A stretch of DNA of 64,000 bases from Trueperaceae bacterium. Its GTDB lineage: Bacteria; Deinococcota; Deinococci; Deinococcales; Trueperaceae. Below the pieces are notes generated by a model. The model was not told where the DNA came from and did no database searches. It worked only from the letters and a program-made list of their open reading frames with translations. Positions 19,831 through 29,045 of the stretch are shown here, piece by piece. The position numbers and the translations under genes were made by a program. Location of the stretch: contig JAXHNB010000006.1 in the NCBI GenBank assembly GCA_034520945.1, positions 640,001 to 704,000 on the forward strand. The letters run 5' to 3'. Each line of letters starts with the position of its first letter. Within the stretch, counting starts at the first letter, position 1.

Positions 19831-20577
19831 TCAGTCGTGGGCGTCCTCCAGCGAGGCCCCGTGCCATGCGTGCGGCCAGATCGCGCCGGTGGTGGCGTGG
19901 ACGCTGAGCATGCCGTCGACGCGCCCCTCGCGGCCGTAGTCGAAGGTGACGTAGCCTGGGAACGCCTGTCCGGCGAGGATCTCGGCGCCCGGCAGGAACC
20001 CCTTGAGGAAATCCTTCGCCAGGTCGCGCGCCGCCGCTTCGTCGTAGCGTTCCGCGGGCGCTGCGGCGTAGCCCATCCCGCCGGCGCGGTTCCACATCAT
20101 GTTGGGGCCCGGTTCGGGCGTCACCTGGCCGGTGTAGCGGTCGACGAGCAATTCCGCCAGCCCTCGGTCCTCGCCGTCCACGACCTGCGCGTAGGTGTGG
20201 TTCGCGAAGGGCATGACGTCGGCGATGCGCGCGTCGGGGCCGAACGAGGCCGCGGCCTCCTCCAGGCGTTCGCGCAGCAGCGTGTCGTCGAGCGGCGTCG
20301 CGCCGGCGGGCAACGTCTGCATCATGCCCATGCCGCCGCCCATCATGCCGCCGCCCATCATGCCGCGCGTGCCAGGGGCCATGCGTCCGGGGACCCGCTG
20401 GCCGTACCCCATACCGCCGTACCCCATGGCACCGTTGCCGGGACCCATGTGGTGGGCACGTTGGTAGCCGTCGTTCGTCCATGGTTGCGTGTTCGGGCCG
20501 TCCATCATGCCCTGGGCGACCACCAGTCCGAGGGCGAGGAGGCCGAGGGTGATCAGTAGCGTTCGTGTGCGGTTCAT
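19831..20577 (-). CDS. Exported Gly/Met-rich protein with PepSY-like domains
   Basis: Signal peptide; GMMGGGMMGGGMGMM; ELLVDRYTG, PEPGPNMMWN, LSVHATTG..HAWHG. Confidence 0.8.
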   Translation of the reverse strand: MNRTRTLLITLGLLALGLVVAQGMMDGPNTQPWTNDGYQRAHHMGPGNGAMGYGGMGYGQRVPGRMAPGTRGMMGGGMMGGGMGMMQTLPAGATPLDDTLLRERLEEAAASFGPDARIADVMPFANHTYAQVVDGEDRGLAELLVDRYTGQVTPEPGPNMMWNRAGGMGYAAAPAERYDEAAARDLAKDFLKGFLPGAEILAGQAFPGYVTFDYGREGRVDGMLSVHATTGAIWPHAWHGASLEDAHD

Positions 20578-20834
20578 GTCGTGTCCTTTCGCGTCAGTTC
20601 GCTCTTGCGACGTTCGAACTCGTCGCTGTCGATCTCGCCGCGGGCGTAGCGCTCGCGGAGGATATCGAGGGCGCGGTCGTCCCTCTCGCTGCTTTCGTTG
20701 CGGCCTCCGGTCTGCGACCGGCCTTGATCCAGCGCCCGTACCAGCCAGACGATGGCCAGGATCAGGACGATCCAGAACAGGATCATGCCGATGCCGCCGA
20801 AGCCGCCCATGCCCCAGCCGCCGTAGCCCATCAT
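20574..20834 (-). CDS. SHOCT domain membrane protein
   Basis: MMGYGGWGMGG, one TM, ALDILRERYARGEIDSDEFERRK. Confidence 0.9.
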   Translation of the reverse strand: MMGYGGWGMGGFGGIGMILFWIVLILAIVWLVRALDQGRSQTGGRNESSERDDRALDILRERYARGEIDSDEFERRKSELTRKDTT

Positions 20835-20954
20835 CGGACTCCTCCCTCCAACTCAGCGGTCTGCCAGGCGCCGGGCTCGACGCCGCGAACGTCGCGGTCG
20901 ATGCGCGCGCTTGGGATGGTGTTCGCACAGGTCTGCATGTGGACCTCCGTTCCG

Positions 20955-20969
20955 TACCCCATCGGGGTA
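20955..20969. promoter_or_regulatory. CsoR/RcnR-type operator
   Basis: TACCCC-ATC-GGGGTA palindrome upstream of the SHOCT operon, inside a candidate minus-strand TCGACG-17-TACGGA promoter. Confidence 0.7.
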
Positions 20970-21374
20970 TCTGCGTCGAGGATGCCCTGCCCGTGTAAAG
21001 CTGACGTCAAGGGCCGGACAAGCTCGGATGAAGTCGTCTACGCGTGCACCTGCCGGTTTCGTGCATGTTGGCGCCATGCGCCTGCCCCAGGCCCTGCTTC
21101 CGCGCGCCGCCGCTGCCGTTCACGGCGCCCGAGTCGCTGCACGACTGACGCAGGTTCCTGGCGGCGCCGGAGGACGCAGTGAGCGCCGTGCACACCACTT
21201 TGGGCAGCACGGGCGCGCCGATGGTGGTGCGGTTCACCTGGCGCGATTTGCAGCGTCTGACCAACCTGTGGGCGCTTGGGTTGCGGCTGGTGGGCACGGA
21301 TTCCATGCGCGCACCGATCGCGCTCCCCTGCAGGCGCGGCCTGCCGGCCTGCCGCGAGGTGGGCGTCCGCCTCG

Positions 21375-21620
21375 CTACTCGTTCGGGGGGGTCAGGTCCC
21401 GTACCTGGCGCGCATACTCCTCGTCGTCGATCTCGCCGCGCGCGTAGCGTCGACGCAGGCGCTCGTGCGCCCGCGCGTTCGCGTCTTCCTCCCGTGCCCG
21501 TTCCTTCTTGAGGCCGATGGCACGCATCAGCCGGTCGATTCCCATGACGGAGAGGATGACGAGCAGGGCGACGCCGAGCGGGGCGAATCCGCCCATGCCC
21601 CAGCCGTGGTAGGGAAGCAT
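21375..21620 (-). CDS. Second SHOCT domain protein
   Basis: HGWGMGGF, TM, LRRRYARGEIDDEEY; start could also be 21641. Confidence 0.78.
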   Translation of the reverse strand: MLPYHGWGMGGFAPLGVALLVILSVMGIDRLMRAIGLKKERAREEDANARAHERLRRRYARGEIDDEEYARQVRDLTPPNE

Positions 21621-21749
21621 GGCAGCCCCGAGGATCATCACGCCCGCCCCCTCACGTGGCGCCCCCCATCAGCAGGTTCCGCCGGGTGTCGCGGGTGGAC
21701 GGGTCGAACTGCAGGCCCATGGAGAGAGTGTACGCGCCCTGGCCCGGCC

Positions 21750-22047
21750 ATCGGTCGGCCGGATCGGCGTGCAAGGGCTCGAGATCCACCGAGGCCACGC
21801 CGATGCGCGGCGTCATGGGTAGGGACTCGAGGTTCGGCAAGCGTTCGCAGTGTGCAAGCAGATCGTCGAGGGGCATGGCCCGTTCGATGCCGTTTCGCTT
21901 GTGAAGCAATGCGACCTCCCACACGCGAAGGGCCGACACCGCGATGCCGCTCTCAATGTGCGCCTGAATGGCCCGTCGGGCGGTTGCGCTCGGTTCGCGC
22001 GGTTCGCTCAGCCACCACAGCCAGGCGTGCGTGTCGAGGGCGATCAC
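21750..22047 (-). pseudogene. vapC: Truncated orphan VapC PIN gene
   Basis: IALDTHAWLWWLSEP..VWEVALL..LHADPADR, then similarity is lost; no antitoxin upstream. Confidence 0.75.
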
Positions 22048-22082
22048 GCGCTCGGTCGGCCGCCTGGCCCCTCCTGGACGCC

Positions 22083-23162
22083 TCAGGCGCGCGGCGCAAG
22101 GCGCTTCGGGTGCTGGAAGGCGAAGTCCTCGCGGAGGATCATGTCGAGCGTCTGTTCGATCGTGGGGCGGTCCCCCCAGTAGGTGCCGGCGTTGCAGAAG
22201 CGCACCACGCCCTCGGGGTCGATGATGACGGTCGTCGGGCGGTTCACGAACTCGCCGTGGACGGCGTACTGCAGCGGTTCGGTCCCGTACCGGGCACCGA
22301 CGGCGCCGGCCCGGTCCATGAGGTGAGGCCACCAGATCCGTTCGGTGTAGGCCTCCTTGAACCATTGCCGTGAGCCCCATAGCGTGGGTTGGATCTCGCG
22401 GCCCACCATGAGGCGAGCGCGCCAGGTGTCGTGCGCCTCGAGCGTCGCGAGCTGTACGCCTCGCTCCACGAACGCGTCGCGCATCTCCATCAACTCGGCG
22501 AATTCGCGGTGGCAGACGGGGCACCAGTCGGCGAACACCCACACCAGGACGACCCAAGCGCCGCGGGCGTTCCGCAGGCGCCACCTTCGGCCTTCGGTGT
22601 CGTCCAGCTCGAAGTCGATGGCGTGATGACCGGGTGCAGGGCGACCGAAGTGGTCTTCGTTCAGGGCCAGGAAGGCGTCGCGTTGGGCGTCCGAGCTGTG
22701 GCCGGCGGCCTCGATCTGCGCCGCTGCCAGCTCGAGCTGATGGCGGACGTCGGCGTGCGGTTCGGACGCGAGGCGTTCTTGCAGGAGCTCCAGGGACGGC
22801 GTCGCACCCATCTCGCCCAACGCGATGGCCCCGTACGCCCGGGCGACCGGTTCGGGGTCTTGGGCAACCATGCGTTCGAGGTCGTCCCGTGCCGCGTGCG
22901 CCCGGGCGATGCCGAGGGCGTACGCGGCGAGGCTGCGGACGTTCAGGTCCTCGTCGGCCAGTCCACTCGCGACGGCGTCGGGGTCGGCGAGCGCCCCCCG
23001 GATGAGGTCGCGGACGGCCAGGGAGCGCACGCGGCCGTCTTGATCCTCGAGATCGGCCACGCCCGGCTCGCCCAGCTCGCGGTCCACGGTGAAGGTGCGC
23101 CGTTCGGCCTCGAGGGGATGGAAGTCGTGCCGGCGGATCCGTTCGAAGGTGGCGGAAACCAT
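22083..23162 (-). CDS. HEAT-repeat plus AhpC/TSA redoxin fusion protein
   Basis: VRSLAAYALG / ARAYGAIALGEMG repeats; DFELDDTEG..ADWCPVC..RPTTVIIDPEGVVR; leaderless TACACT -10. Confidence 0.85.
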   Translation of the reverse strand: MVSATFERIRRHDFHPLEAERRTFTVDRELGEPGVADLEDQDGRVRSLAVRDLIRGALADPDAVASGLADEDLNVRSLAAYALGIARAHAARDDLERMVAQDPEPVARAYGAIALGEMGATPSLELLQERLASEPHADVRHQLELAAAQIEAAGHSSDAQRDAFLALNEDHFGRPAPGHHAIDFELDDTEGRRWRLRNARGAWVVLVWVFADWCPVCHREFAELMEMRDAFVERGVQLATLEAHDTWRARLMVGREIQPTLWGSRQWFKEAYTERIWWPHLMDRAGAVGARYGTEPLQYAVHGEFVNRPTTVIIDPEGVVRFCNAGTYWGDRPTIEQTLDMILREDFAFQHPKRLAPRA

Positions 23163-23342
23163 GCGTGAGTGTAGGCGACGCCCCGTTCTCGACCGCGTCG
23201 CGTGTTTGTCGGGCCCAGAAGGGGCTGGCGCGAGGGGGTCTGATCGACCGGCACCGCGTCGTTCGTCGTTACGAGCGTTGCAGTGCGCCCGTGGCGCTAC
23301 GGGCTGCAGGCGAATCCGATGAATCGTGCAAAGCTGTAGCGC

Positions 23343-23816
23343 ATGAGACCCATCCAGCGCCTGATCGGACGCGTACGTCACCCCATGGCCGAGCGGCACG
23401 CGCGCGGCAAGGGCATCGAGGTGCTTGCCGCCGAACTCGAGGCGTCCGGCCGCGCGCTGGACGCCCGCATCGCCGGAAAGCTGGACACGTCCGGGAACCG
23501 CGAGGCGCTGGCTCACTGGATCGGGATCGAGCGCTGGGGGCAGCGCCGCCTCCACGTGACGCTGGGTGAGCCCTTCCTCCAGGACGAACATCATTCCTAC
23601 CGGCCCGACATGGGGGAAGGGTTGACGGCGCTGCAGCGCGCCTTGGCCGAGACGCGCGCCGAGACGGTGGCGTTGGCACGCAGGCTGCAGAAGGAAGGTG
23701 TCGATCCCACCACGACCGTGCCGCACAACGATCTGGGCCGGCTGAGCGTGGCCGGCTGGCTGGCGTACCTGCGGCAACATCCGGAGCAGGAGGCGAGGGG
23801 GCGGCTGCGGGGGTGA
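23343..23816 (+). CDS. DinB-like hypothetical protein
   Basis: NREALAHWIGIERWGQRRL, VPHNDLGRLSVAGWLAYL..H. Confidence 0.65.
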   Translation: MRPIQRLIGRVRHPMAERHARGKGIEVLAAELEASGRALDARIAGKLDTSGNREALAHWIGIERWGQRRLHVTLGEPFLQDEHHSYRPDMGEGLTALQRALAETRAETVALARRLQKEGVDPTTTVPHNDLGRLSVAGWLAYLRQHPEQEARGRLRG

Positions 23817-24023
23817 CCTCGGCGGGCCCGGACGCTCACGACCGACCTTGGGGCGTGTCCTCTTCCGCCAGCAGGCCGTCGATCGCCTGGAGCGCCCACA
23901 GGGTCCGAGCGAGCGTGGTTGACCTCGGCGGGCCCGGACGCTCACGACCGACCTTGGGGCGTGTCCTCTTCCGCCAGCAGGCCGTCGATCGCCTGGAGCG
24001 CGCGCAGGGTCCGAGCGAGCGTG
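23814..24023. repeat. 104-bp tandem duplication of the marR 3' end
   Basis: 23814-23917 vs 23920-24023, 2 mismatches. Confidence 0.95.
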
Positions 24024-24394
24024 CCGCTGCCCAAGTGGTCGCCTAGCTCGCGATCCAGTACGGCCAGGAACGCGCGAACGTCCGCCATCATCCGTTCGCC
24101 CCGGTCGGTGAACACGATGCACTTCTGCCTGCCGGTGCCCTCACGTTGTTCCACGTATCCGGCGCGGGACAACTGCGCGACGGTCTTGCCCACCATCTGC
24201 CGGGACACACCGAGCGTGCGGGCGACGTCGGAGGCGACGTTCACGCCGCAGTCGAGCGTCCCCAAGAACTCGAGAACCGCTGGGGAGAGGTCCTCGTATC
24301 CTTTCTCCTGCAGGTGCTGGGCCGCGCGTGACACGATCCGTTCGTGGACGTCGGCGGTCGCGAACACGAGCGCGAGCGAGCGGCTCTCGACCAT
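23942..24394 (-). CDS. MarR family regulator
   Basis: ASDVARTLGVSRQMVGKTVAQLSRAGYV..IVFTDRG. Confidence 0.88.
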   Translation of the reverse strand: MVESRSLALVFATADVHERIVSRAAQHLQEKGYEDLSPAVLEFLGTLDCGVNVASDVARTLGVSRQMVGKTVAQLSRAGYVEQREGTGRQKCIVFTDRGERMMADVRAFLAVLDRELGDHLGSGTLARTLRALQAIDGLLAEEDTPQGRS

Positions 24395-24409
24395 CGCCAC
24401 CCCGCGCTG

Positions 24410-24467
24410 TGTAAACCAAGTTGACATAGGGCGCTCCGTCCGCTAGCCTGTGTCTACCAAGTTTACA
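24410..24467. promoter_or_regulatory. Two MarR-type operators in a divergent promoter
   Basis: TGTAAAC-CAA-GTTGACA (24410-24426) and TGTCTAC-CAA-GTTTACA (24451-24467). Confidence 0.75.
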
Positions 24468-24510
24468 TGCGGCCGCGGTTCCGACCCGGCGGCGTGGAAG
24501 GGGCCCGAAC

Positions 24511-25425
24511 ATGCACACCGCACGCCCATTACGCCACGCGCTGCTTGCCAACGCCACGTTCTCGCTGGTGATGGCGTCGCTGCTCGTCATTGCCCCCTCG
24601 CGTGTCGGGGACGCTCTGGCGCTCGACGCGCCCGGCCTCTTGCGGTTTTTGGGCTACGGGCTCGTCGTCTTCGGCGCGGACCTCGTGCACCAGGCCACCC
24701 GCGAGCGTGTCGCGACGTGGCGGGCGCTGTATGCCAGCGCCCTGGACGTCCTGTGGGTGGTCGGAACGGCGGGATTGCTGCTCGCCCGTCCCGAGTTGCT
24801 GTCCCTCAGGGGCGCCGTCGTGGCGCTGGCGGTCGCGGGGATGGTCGCCGTGTTCGCGGCTTGGCAGCTCTGGGCGATCGACCGAGCACACGCCGGTTCG
24901 AGCTCGGGTTTGCGCCGCCACTGCGTGGCCGTGCACGCAGACGTCTCGGCCGATGCCATGTGGCGCGTCTTGGGCGACTTCGGCCGCATTCAGCGCTTCA
25001 CGGCGAGTCTGGCCAGCTCCGAGATCCTGGGCGACGAGGATGCGGACGTCGGCGCTGGTGCGCCGATGCGTGGACGTGCGCGGCAATGCCTGGGAGGAGG
25101 CCTGCGTGGCCTACGAGCCCGGCAGCAGCCTCACGATGCGCTTCTTGGCAGAGGCGCCGGACGTTCCCTTCCCTGCGCGGTCCATGACGCGCGGTTGGAA
25201 TCTCGTTCCGGACGGCTCACGAACGCGCGTCGAGGTGTGGTGGGAACGGCGCCCCGCCCGCGCTACGCCGCGCCCGTGCTCATGCCCCTCTTCGCCTGGC
25301 GGGCCGACCGGGCGATCCCGGAGGTGGTGCGACGCATGACGCAGGCCGCCAGGGGTGCCCGAGGGGTCGAGGCCTCGCGGCGCGGGGTTCGCCGCTTGGC
25401 GCGGCCCCTTCCGCGTGCGTGCTGA
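24511..25425 (+). CDS. Membrane domain plus SRPBCC domain protein, with two compensating frameshifts
   Basis: About 4 TM, then DAMWRVLGDFG; the SRPBCC segment VRRCVD..WEEACVAYEPG lies in another frame from about 25058 to 25250. Confidence 0.7.
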   Translation: MHTARPLRHALLANATFSLVMASLLVIAPSRVGDALALDAPGLLRFLGYGLVVFGADLVHQATRERVATWRALYASALDVLWVVGTAGLLLARPELLSLRGAVVALAVAGMVAVFAAWQLWAIDRAHAGSSSGLRRHCVAVHADVSADAMWRVLGDFGRIQRFTASLASSEILGDEDADVGAGAPMRGRARQCLGGGLRGLRARQQPHDALLGRGAGRSLPCAVHDARLESRSGRLTNARRGVVGTAPRPRYAAPVLMPLFAWRADRAIPEVVRRMTQAARGARGVEASRRGVRRLARPLPRAC

Positions 25426-25447
25426 CCGAGGACACGTGCTCCCTGCG

Positions 25448-26176
25448 CTACGCGGCGCAACCGTCGTCGTCGCAGGCCGCCCCGTGCTCGCCGAGCGTCT
25501 CCAGCGGCGCGCGTTCCTGCCAGGTGCGGCGCAGCGCCTGCAGGATGGTGTCGGCCGGTTGCGCGCCGGGAAGGCCGTAGCGGCTGTCCAGCGCGAAGAA
25601 CGGCACGCCCGTGATGCCCAGTCGGCGGGCGCGGGTTTCGTCGGCGCGCACGTCGTCGGCGTGCGCGCCGGAGCTCAGGGCCTCGCGCACCTCGTCTGCA
25701 GGGACGCCGACGTCGTCCAGCAGCTCCACCAGCGTGTCCGTGTCGGAGATGGCGCGGGCCTCGGTGAAGTATGCCCGCAGCAGGCGTTCCTTGGCGTCGT
25801 CCTGCAGGCCGTGCTCCTGGGCGAGGTGCAGCAGGCGGTGCGCGTCGAAGGTGTTGCCGCGCTGGGCCTGGTCCAGCCGGTAGTCCAGCCCCTCGGCGGC
25901 CGCCAGTTCGGTCACCTGCTGGTTCATGGCGGCGGCGCGCTCGAGGCTGACGCCGTACTTCTCCGCCAGGTGCTGCTCGAGGCCCACGCGGGCGTGGGTC
26001 GGCGCGTCCGGGTCGAGCTCGAACGAGCGCCAGACCACGTCGACGGCGTCCGCATGCTCGAAGTCCCGGAGGGCCGCTTCGAAGCGCCGCTTGCCGATGT
26101 AGCACCAGGGGCAGACGACGTCGGACCAGATCTCGACGGTGAGGTGCTCGGTAAGGGTGGGGGCGCCGTCGTTCAT
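25448..26176 (-). CDS. frnE: DsbA family oxidoreductase (FrnE-like)
   Basis: IWSDVVCPWCYIG, NTFDAHRL, GITGVPFF, GAQP, C-terminal CDDDGC; leaderless TACACT. Confidence 0.92.
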   Translation of the reverse strand: MNDGAPTLTEHLTVEIWSDVVCPWCYIGKRRFEAALRDFEHADAVDVVWRSFELDPDAPTHARVGLEQHLAEKYGVSLERAAAMNQQVTELAAAEGLDYRLDQAQRGNTFDAHRLLHLAQEHGLQDDAKERLLRAYFTEARAISDTDTLVELLDDVGVPADEVREALSSGAHADDVRADETRARRLGITGVPFFALDSRYGLPGAQPADTILQALRRTWQERAPLETLGEHGAACDDDGCAA

Positions 26177-26266
26177 GGGGAGAGTGTACGGGTGGGCGGG
26201 CGAGGGTGGCGTCGGCTCGGGTGCTTGTAGATTCACTTCACGCGTACCACGAGGGTACGGCTCTCC

Positions 26267-26500
26267 TTAGGTTTTGCCTATGCGGACGCGCCAGAGTTCG
26301 GGTCCGGATTCGAGGTACTCCCATTCGAGCAGGCCGGGGCGTTCGGCCTGGAACTGGTAGTACAGCGGCTTGGGATCGTGGTCGTTGACCAGCTCGTACG
26401 CTTCGCCGGGCGAGAGGTCGTCGAAGCGTTCGAACAGCAGGGGGTGGCGGTCGCGCGGTGGGATTTCCCGCACGTCGATGCGTTCCTTCGGATCGGCCAT
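26267..26500 (-). CDS. DUF2249 domain protein
   Basis: IDVREIPPRDRHPLLF..LVNDHDPKPLYYQF..WEYLESGPELWRVRIGK. Confidence 0.9.
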   Translation of the reverse strand: MADPKERIDVREIPPRDRHPLLFERFDDLSPGEAYELVNDHDPKPLYYQFQAERPGLLEWEYLESGPELWRVRIGKT

Positions 26501-26625
26501 GATGAACCTCCGGGGTCGTGGGGTGCATGTAGGTGTCGTTGCTCTTGAGGGATCGTACGCCGAGCACGGTGAGCGTGCCGGCGCCAGCGATGAGCGCTTT
26601 GTGCTCGCCTTGGGCGACGTGCACC

Positions 26626-27903
26626 TGGACCTCCCCCGGGGCCGTGGACCGGGCTTGGGCGCCTTCGGTCATGCGGGCGCCGTCCTGCGAGCGTACTGGG
26701 TTTCCCACTCCGCTGGGGTGAGCATGCCCAGGGTGGAGTGGCGCCGACGCTGGTTGTAGGTCACCTCCAGCCAGAAGAAGATCGCGGTTCTCAGTTCCTC
26801 CTCGACCGCCACGCGTGGCGGTCGAGGAGTTCCGTCTGCAACGTCGCGAAGAAGCTTTCCATCACCGCGTTGTCGTGGGGGCTTCCCCGACCGCTCATGC
26901 TGCCCACCAGGCCGAACTGGGATAGCGTCTCGCCGAACCGGATCGAGGTGTACGCCGACCCGCGGTCGGAGTGGTGGATGAGACCGCCGTTCACGTCGTG
27001 CCGCCCTGCGGCCATGCTGACGGCGTCGACGACCAGCTCGGTGGAGGCACTGTCGCCCATCGACCAGCCTTTGATCCGTTTCGATGCCGCATCGAGGACG
27101 GCCGCCAGGTACAACCAGCCGTCGTCCGTAAGGTGCTGCGTCACGTCCGCGTACCAAACGCGGTTGGGCTCCTCGACCTCGAAGGCGCGCTGCACCAGGT
27201 CCGGCGCGACGCGCTCCGCCAGCGAAGCCTCCTGCGCCTTCCTGCGGCCCTGCTTGCGGCGGTGCACGCCCTGCAGGCCCGCGGTCCGCATCAGGCGCTC
27301 CACGCGCTTCCTGGAGACGTACCAGCCGTGCTCCAGGCGCAGCTCGGCGTGCACCCTGGGCGAGCCGTACGTGCCGTCCGACGCCTCGTGAATCTCACGG
27401 ATCACGCCCAACAGCTCATCGTCCTCCTGGGCCCTCTGGGACGGCGGGCGGTCCCGCCAGGCGTAGTACCCCGCCCGAGCAATGTTCAAGACGCGGCACA
27501 TGGTCCTGACGCTGTGGTTCGCCTTCTCCGCATCGACGAACCGATACACGCTTACCGCGTGCGATCGGTCGTCCGTCGCGAAGAAGGCTGCCGCCTTTCG
27601 TAAGATCTCCCGTTCCTCACGCAACAAGCGATTCTCGCGCTTCAAACGGCGAATCTCCGCGCTTTCCTCGACCGCCTGCGGGTTCTCCTGGACTTCGGCG
27701 TCCCGCACCCACTTCCGGATCGAGTACGCGCTCACGTCGAGTTCCTCCGCCAGTTTCCGGAAGCCCTTGCCACTCTCCCGGTAGAGGCGTACGACCTCCT
27801 GTTTGTACTCGCTGCTGTACCGCTTGGCCATTCGGACCAGTCCCTTCCTTCCCGAAACCTACCAGGAAGCAGTCACATGGTCCACGAGGCAGGGGGAACT
27901 CCA
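26626..27903 (-). mobile_element. IS3-family insertion sequence
   Basis: IRs TGGACCTCCCCCGGGGCCGTGGACC / TGGAGTTCCCCCTGCCTCGTGGACC; ACC duplicated at 26623-26625 and 27904-27906. Confidence 0.92.
26669..27831 (-). pseudogene. IS3 transposase: OrfA-OrfB fused in frame, frameshift near the C-terminus
   Basis: KRYSSEYK HTH and leucine zipper; YGSPR, WYADVT, HSDRGS, DNAVMESFF; tail YNQRRRHSTLG in another frame after about 26800. Confidence 0.88.
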
Positions 27904-27909
27904 ACCACG

Positions 27910-28155
27910 TCACCCTCGGGGGCGCGTGAGGATCTCCTCGAGTTCTGCGTACAGCGCGTGCGCCTGCGTTTCGCTCAGGCCTCGGATGCGGATGGCTTGC
28001 TCCAGCGTGACGGTCGCCGCCAGCGCGCTGCGCATGACGGGGTTCTGCAGCGGCGTGAATCCGTGGCGCACCAGGCAGGGCAGCACCTCGGGGGAGCGTT
28101 CCAGCAGGGTCGAGACGCGCGTATGCGCCAGCGAAGCGGGAGGGTCGGCCGTCAT
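27910..28155 (-). CDS. DUF1858-like small protein
   Basis: VSTLLERSPEVLPCLVRHGFTPLQNPVMR..VTLEQA. Confidence 0.8.
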   Translation of the reverse strand: MTADPPASLAHTRVSTLLERSPEVLPCLVRHGFTPLQNPVMRSALAATVTLEQAIRIRGLSETQAHALYAELEEILTRPRG

Positions 28156-28191
28156 GCGCGTCACCGTGGCCGAGCCCAACGGCGCCTCGCT

Positions 28192-28205
28192 ATGACCGAG
28201 GTCAA
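28192..28205. promoter_or_regulatory. Crp/Fnr-type box
   Basis: ATGAC-CGAG-GTCAA centred 43.5 bp before the ATG at 28155. Confidence 0.7.
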
Positions 28206-28825
28206 ACGCCGCGCAGGGAGGCGGTGTCCATATCGGCCGGTTCACCGCCGTTCTGGCTGCGCTGCGTTCCCACGACCTCGCTCACGAGGCGGTCGCACCA
28301 CGCATCCAGCAGCTCGTCCACCCGCTCCTCCTCGCCGTCGTAGTTCAGCAGCAGGCCCACGAACATGTCCCCCCGCAACGCGCGGGAGTCCTCGAAGTCG
28401 TAGCCGGCGTGCGGCCACGGCGCCACCAGCGTCGCCCCCGCCGCTTCGAAGCGTTCCGCGACGATGCCGAGGGCGTCGCCGAAGGTGTCGGGATAGAAGA
28501 CCGGATCGCCGGCACCGAAGAGGGCGACGCGCACGCCCCGGAAGTCCTGACCCGTAAGCTCGTCCAGGCGGTCGTCCCAGTCGGCCTGCAACAGCCCGAT
28601 GTCCCAGGTGGGGACACCGAGCGCAAGCACGTCGTACGACGTCAACGTGGCCGGTTCCACGACCCCCACGTCGAGGCAGGGCACTTTGGCGTCCAGCCGT
28701 CGCTCCAACCGCTCGGTGAGTCGCTTGGCGGCGTCCTCGGTGTTGCCCGAGGTGCTGCCGTACACCACGGCCATGCTGGGCGTCTCAGGAACGGTCGTGC
28801 GGGTCGGATCGGAGGAGGACGCCAT
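28202..28825 (-). CDS. Long-chain flavodoxin
   Basis: YGSTSGNTE, GVPTWDIG..QADWD, ALFGAGD..YPDTFGDALG, YDFEDSRA. Confidence 0.92.
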   Translation of the reverse strand: MASSSDPTRTTVPETPSMAVVYGSTSGNTEDAAKRLTERLERRLDAKVPCLDVGVVEPATLTSYDVLALGVPTWDIGLLQADWDDRLDELTGQDFRGVRVALFGAGDPVFYPDTFGDALGIVAERFEAAGATLVAPWPHAGYDFEDSRALRGDMFVGLLLNYDGEEERVDELLDAWCDRLVSEVVGTQRSQNGGEPADMDTASLRGV

Positions 28826-28860
28826 GCGTGGCAGGATAGCGGCCCTCCCGCCAGGGCGCC

Positions 28861-28874
28861 TTGACGCAGGTCAA
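28861..28874. promoter_or_regulatory. Crp/Fnr-type box
   Basis: Perfect TTGAC-GCAG-GTCAA centred 42.5 bp before the flavodoxin ATG; -10 TATCCT. Confidence 0.8.
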
Positions 28875-28996
28875 GTTCGCCCGGTCGCGCGCCCGGGGGG
28901 CGGTCGCTGGACGAGCGCAGGTACGACGCGGCGGTTTCGACGCAGCCGCACGCGGGGCGGGCCTTCCGTGGAGGAGCGCTCCGGGTTGGGCAGGGC

Positions 28997-29010
28997 ATGA
29001 CGTGCGTCAT
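28997..29010. promoter_or_regulatory. Crp/Fnr-type box
   Basis: ATGAC-GTGC-GTCAT centred 42.5 bp before the ATG at 29046; -10 TAGGTT. Confidence 0.78.
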
Positions 29011-29045
29011 GGCCCCGGCACGCGCTTGCAGGCTAGGTTCACCGC

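Noticed and set aside
21010..21370. Short ORFs between the two SHOCT genes
   Set aside because: No convincing start or family motif; probably degraded sequence
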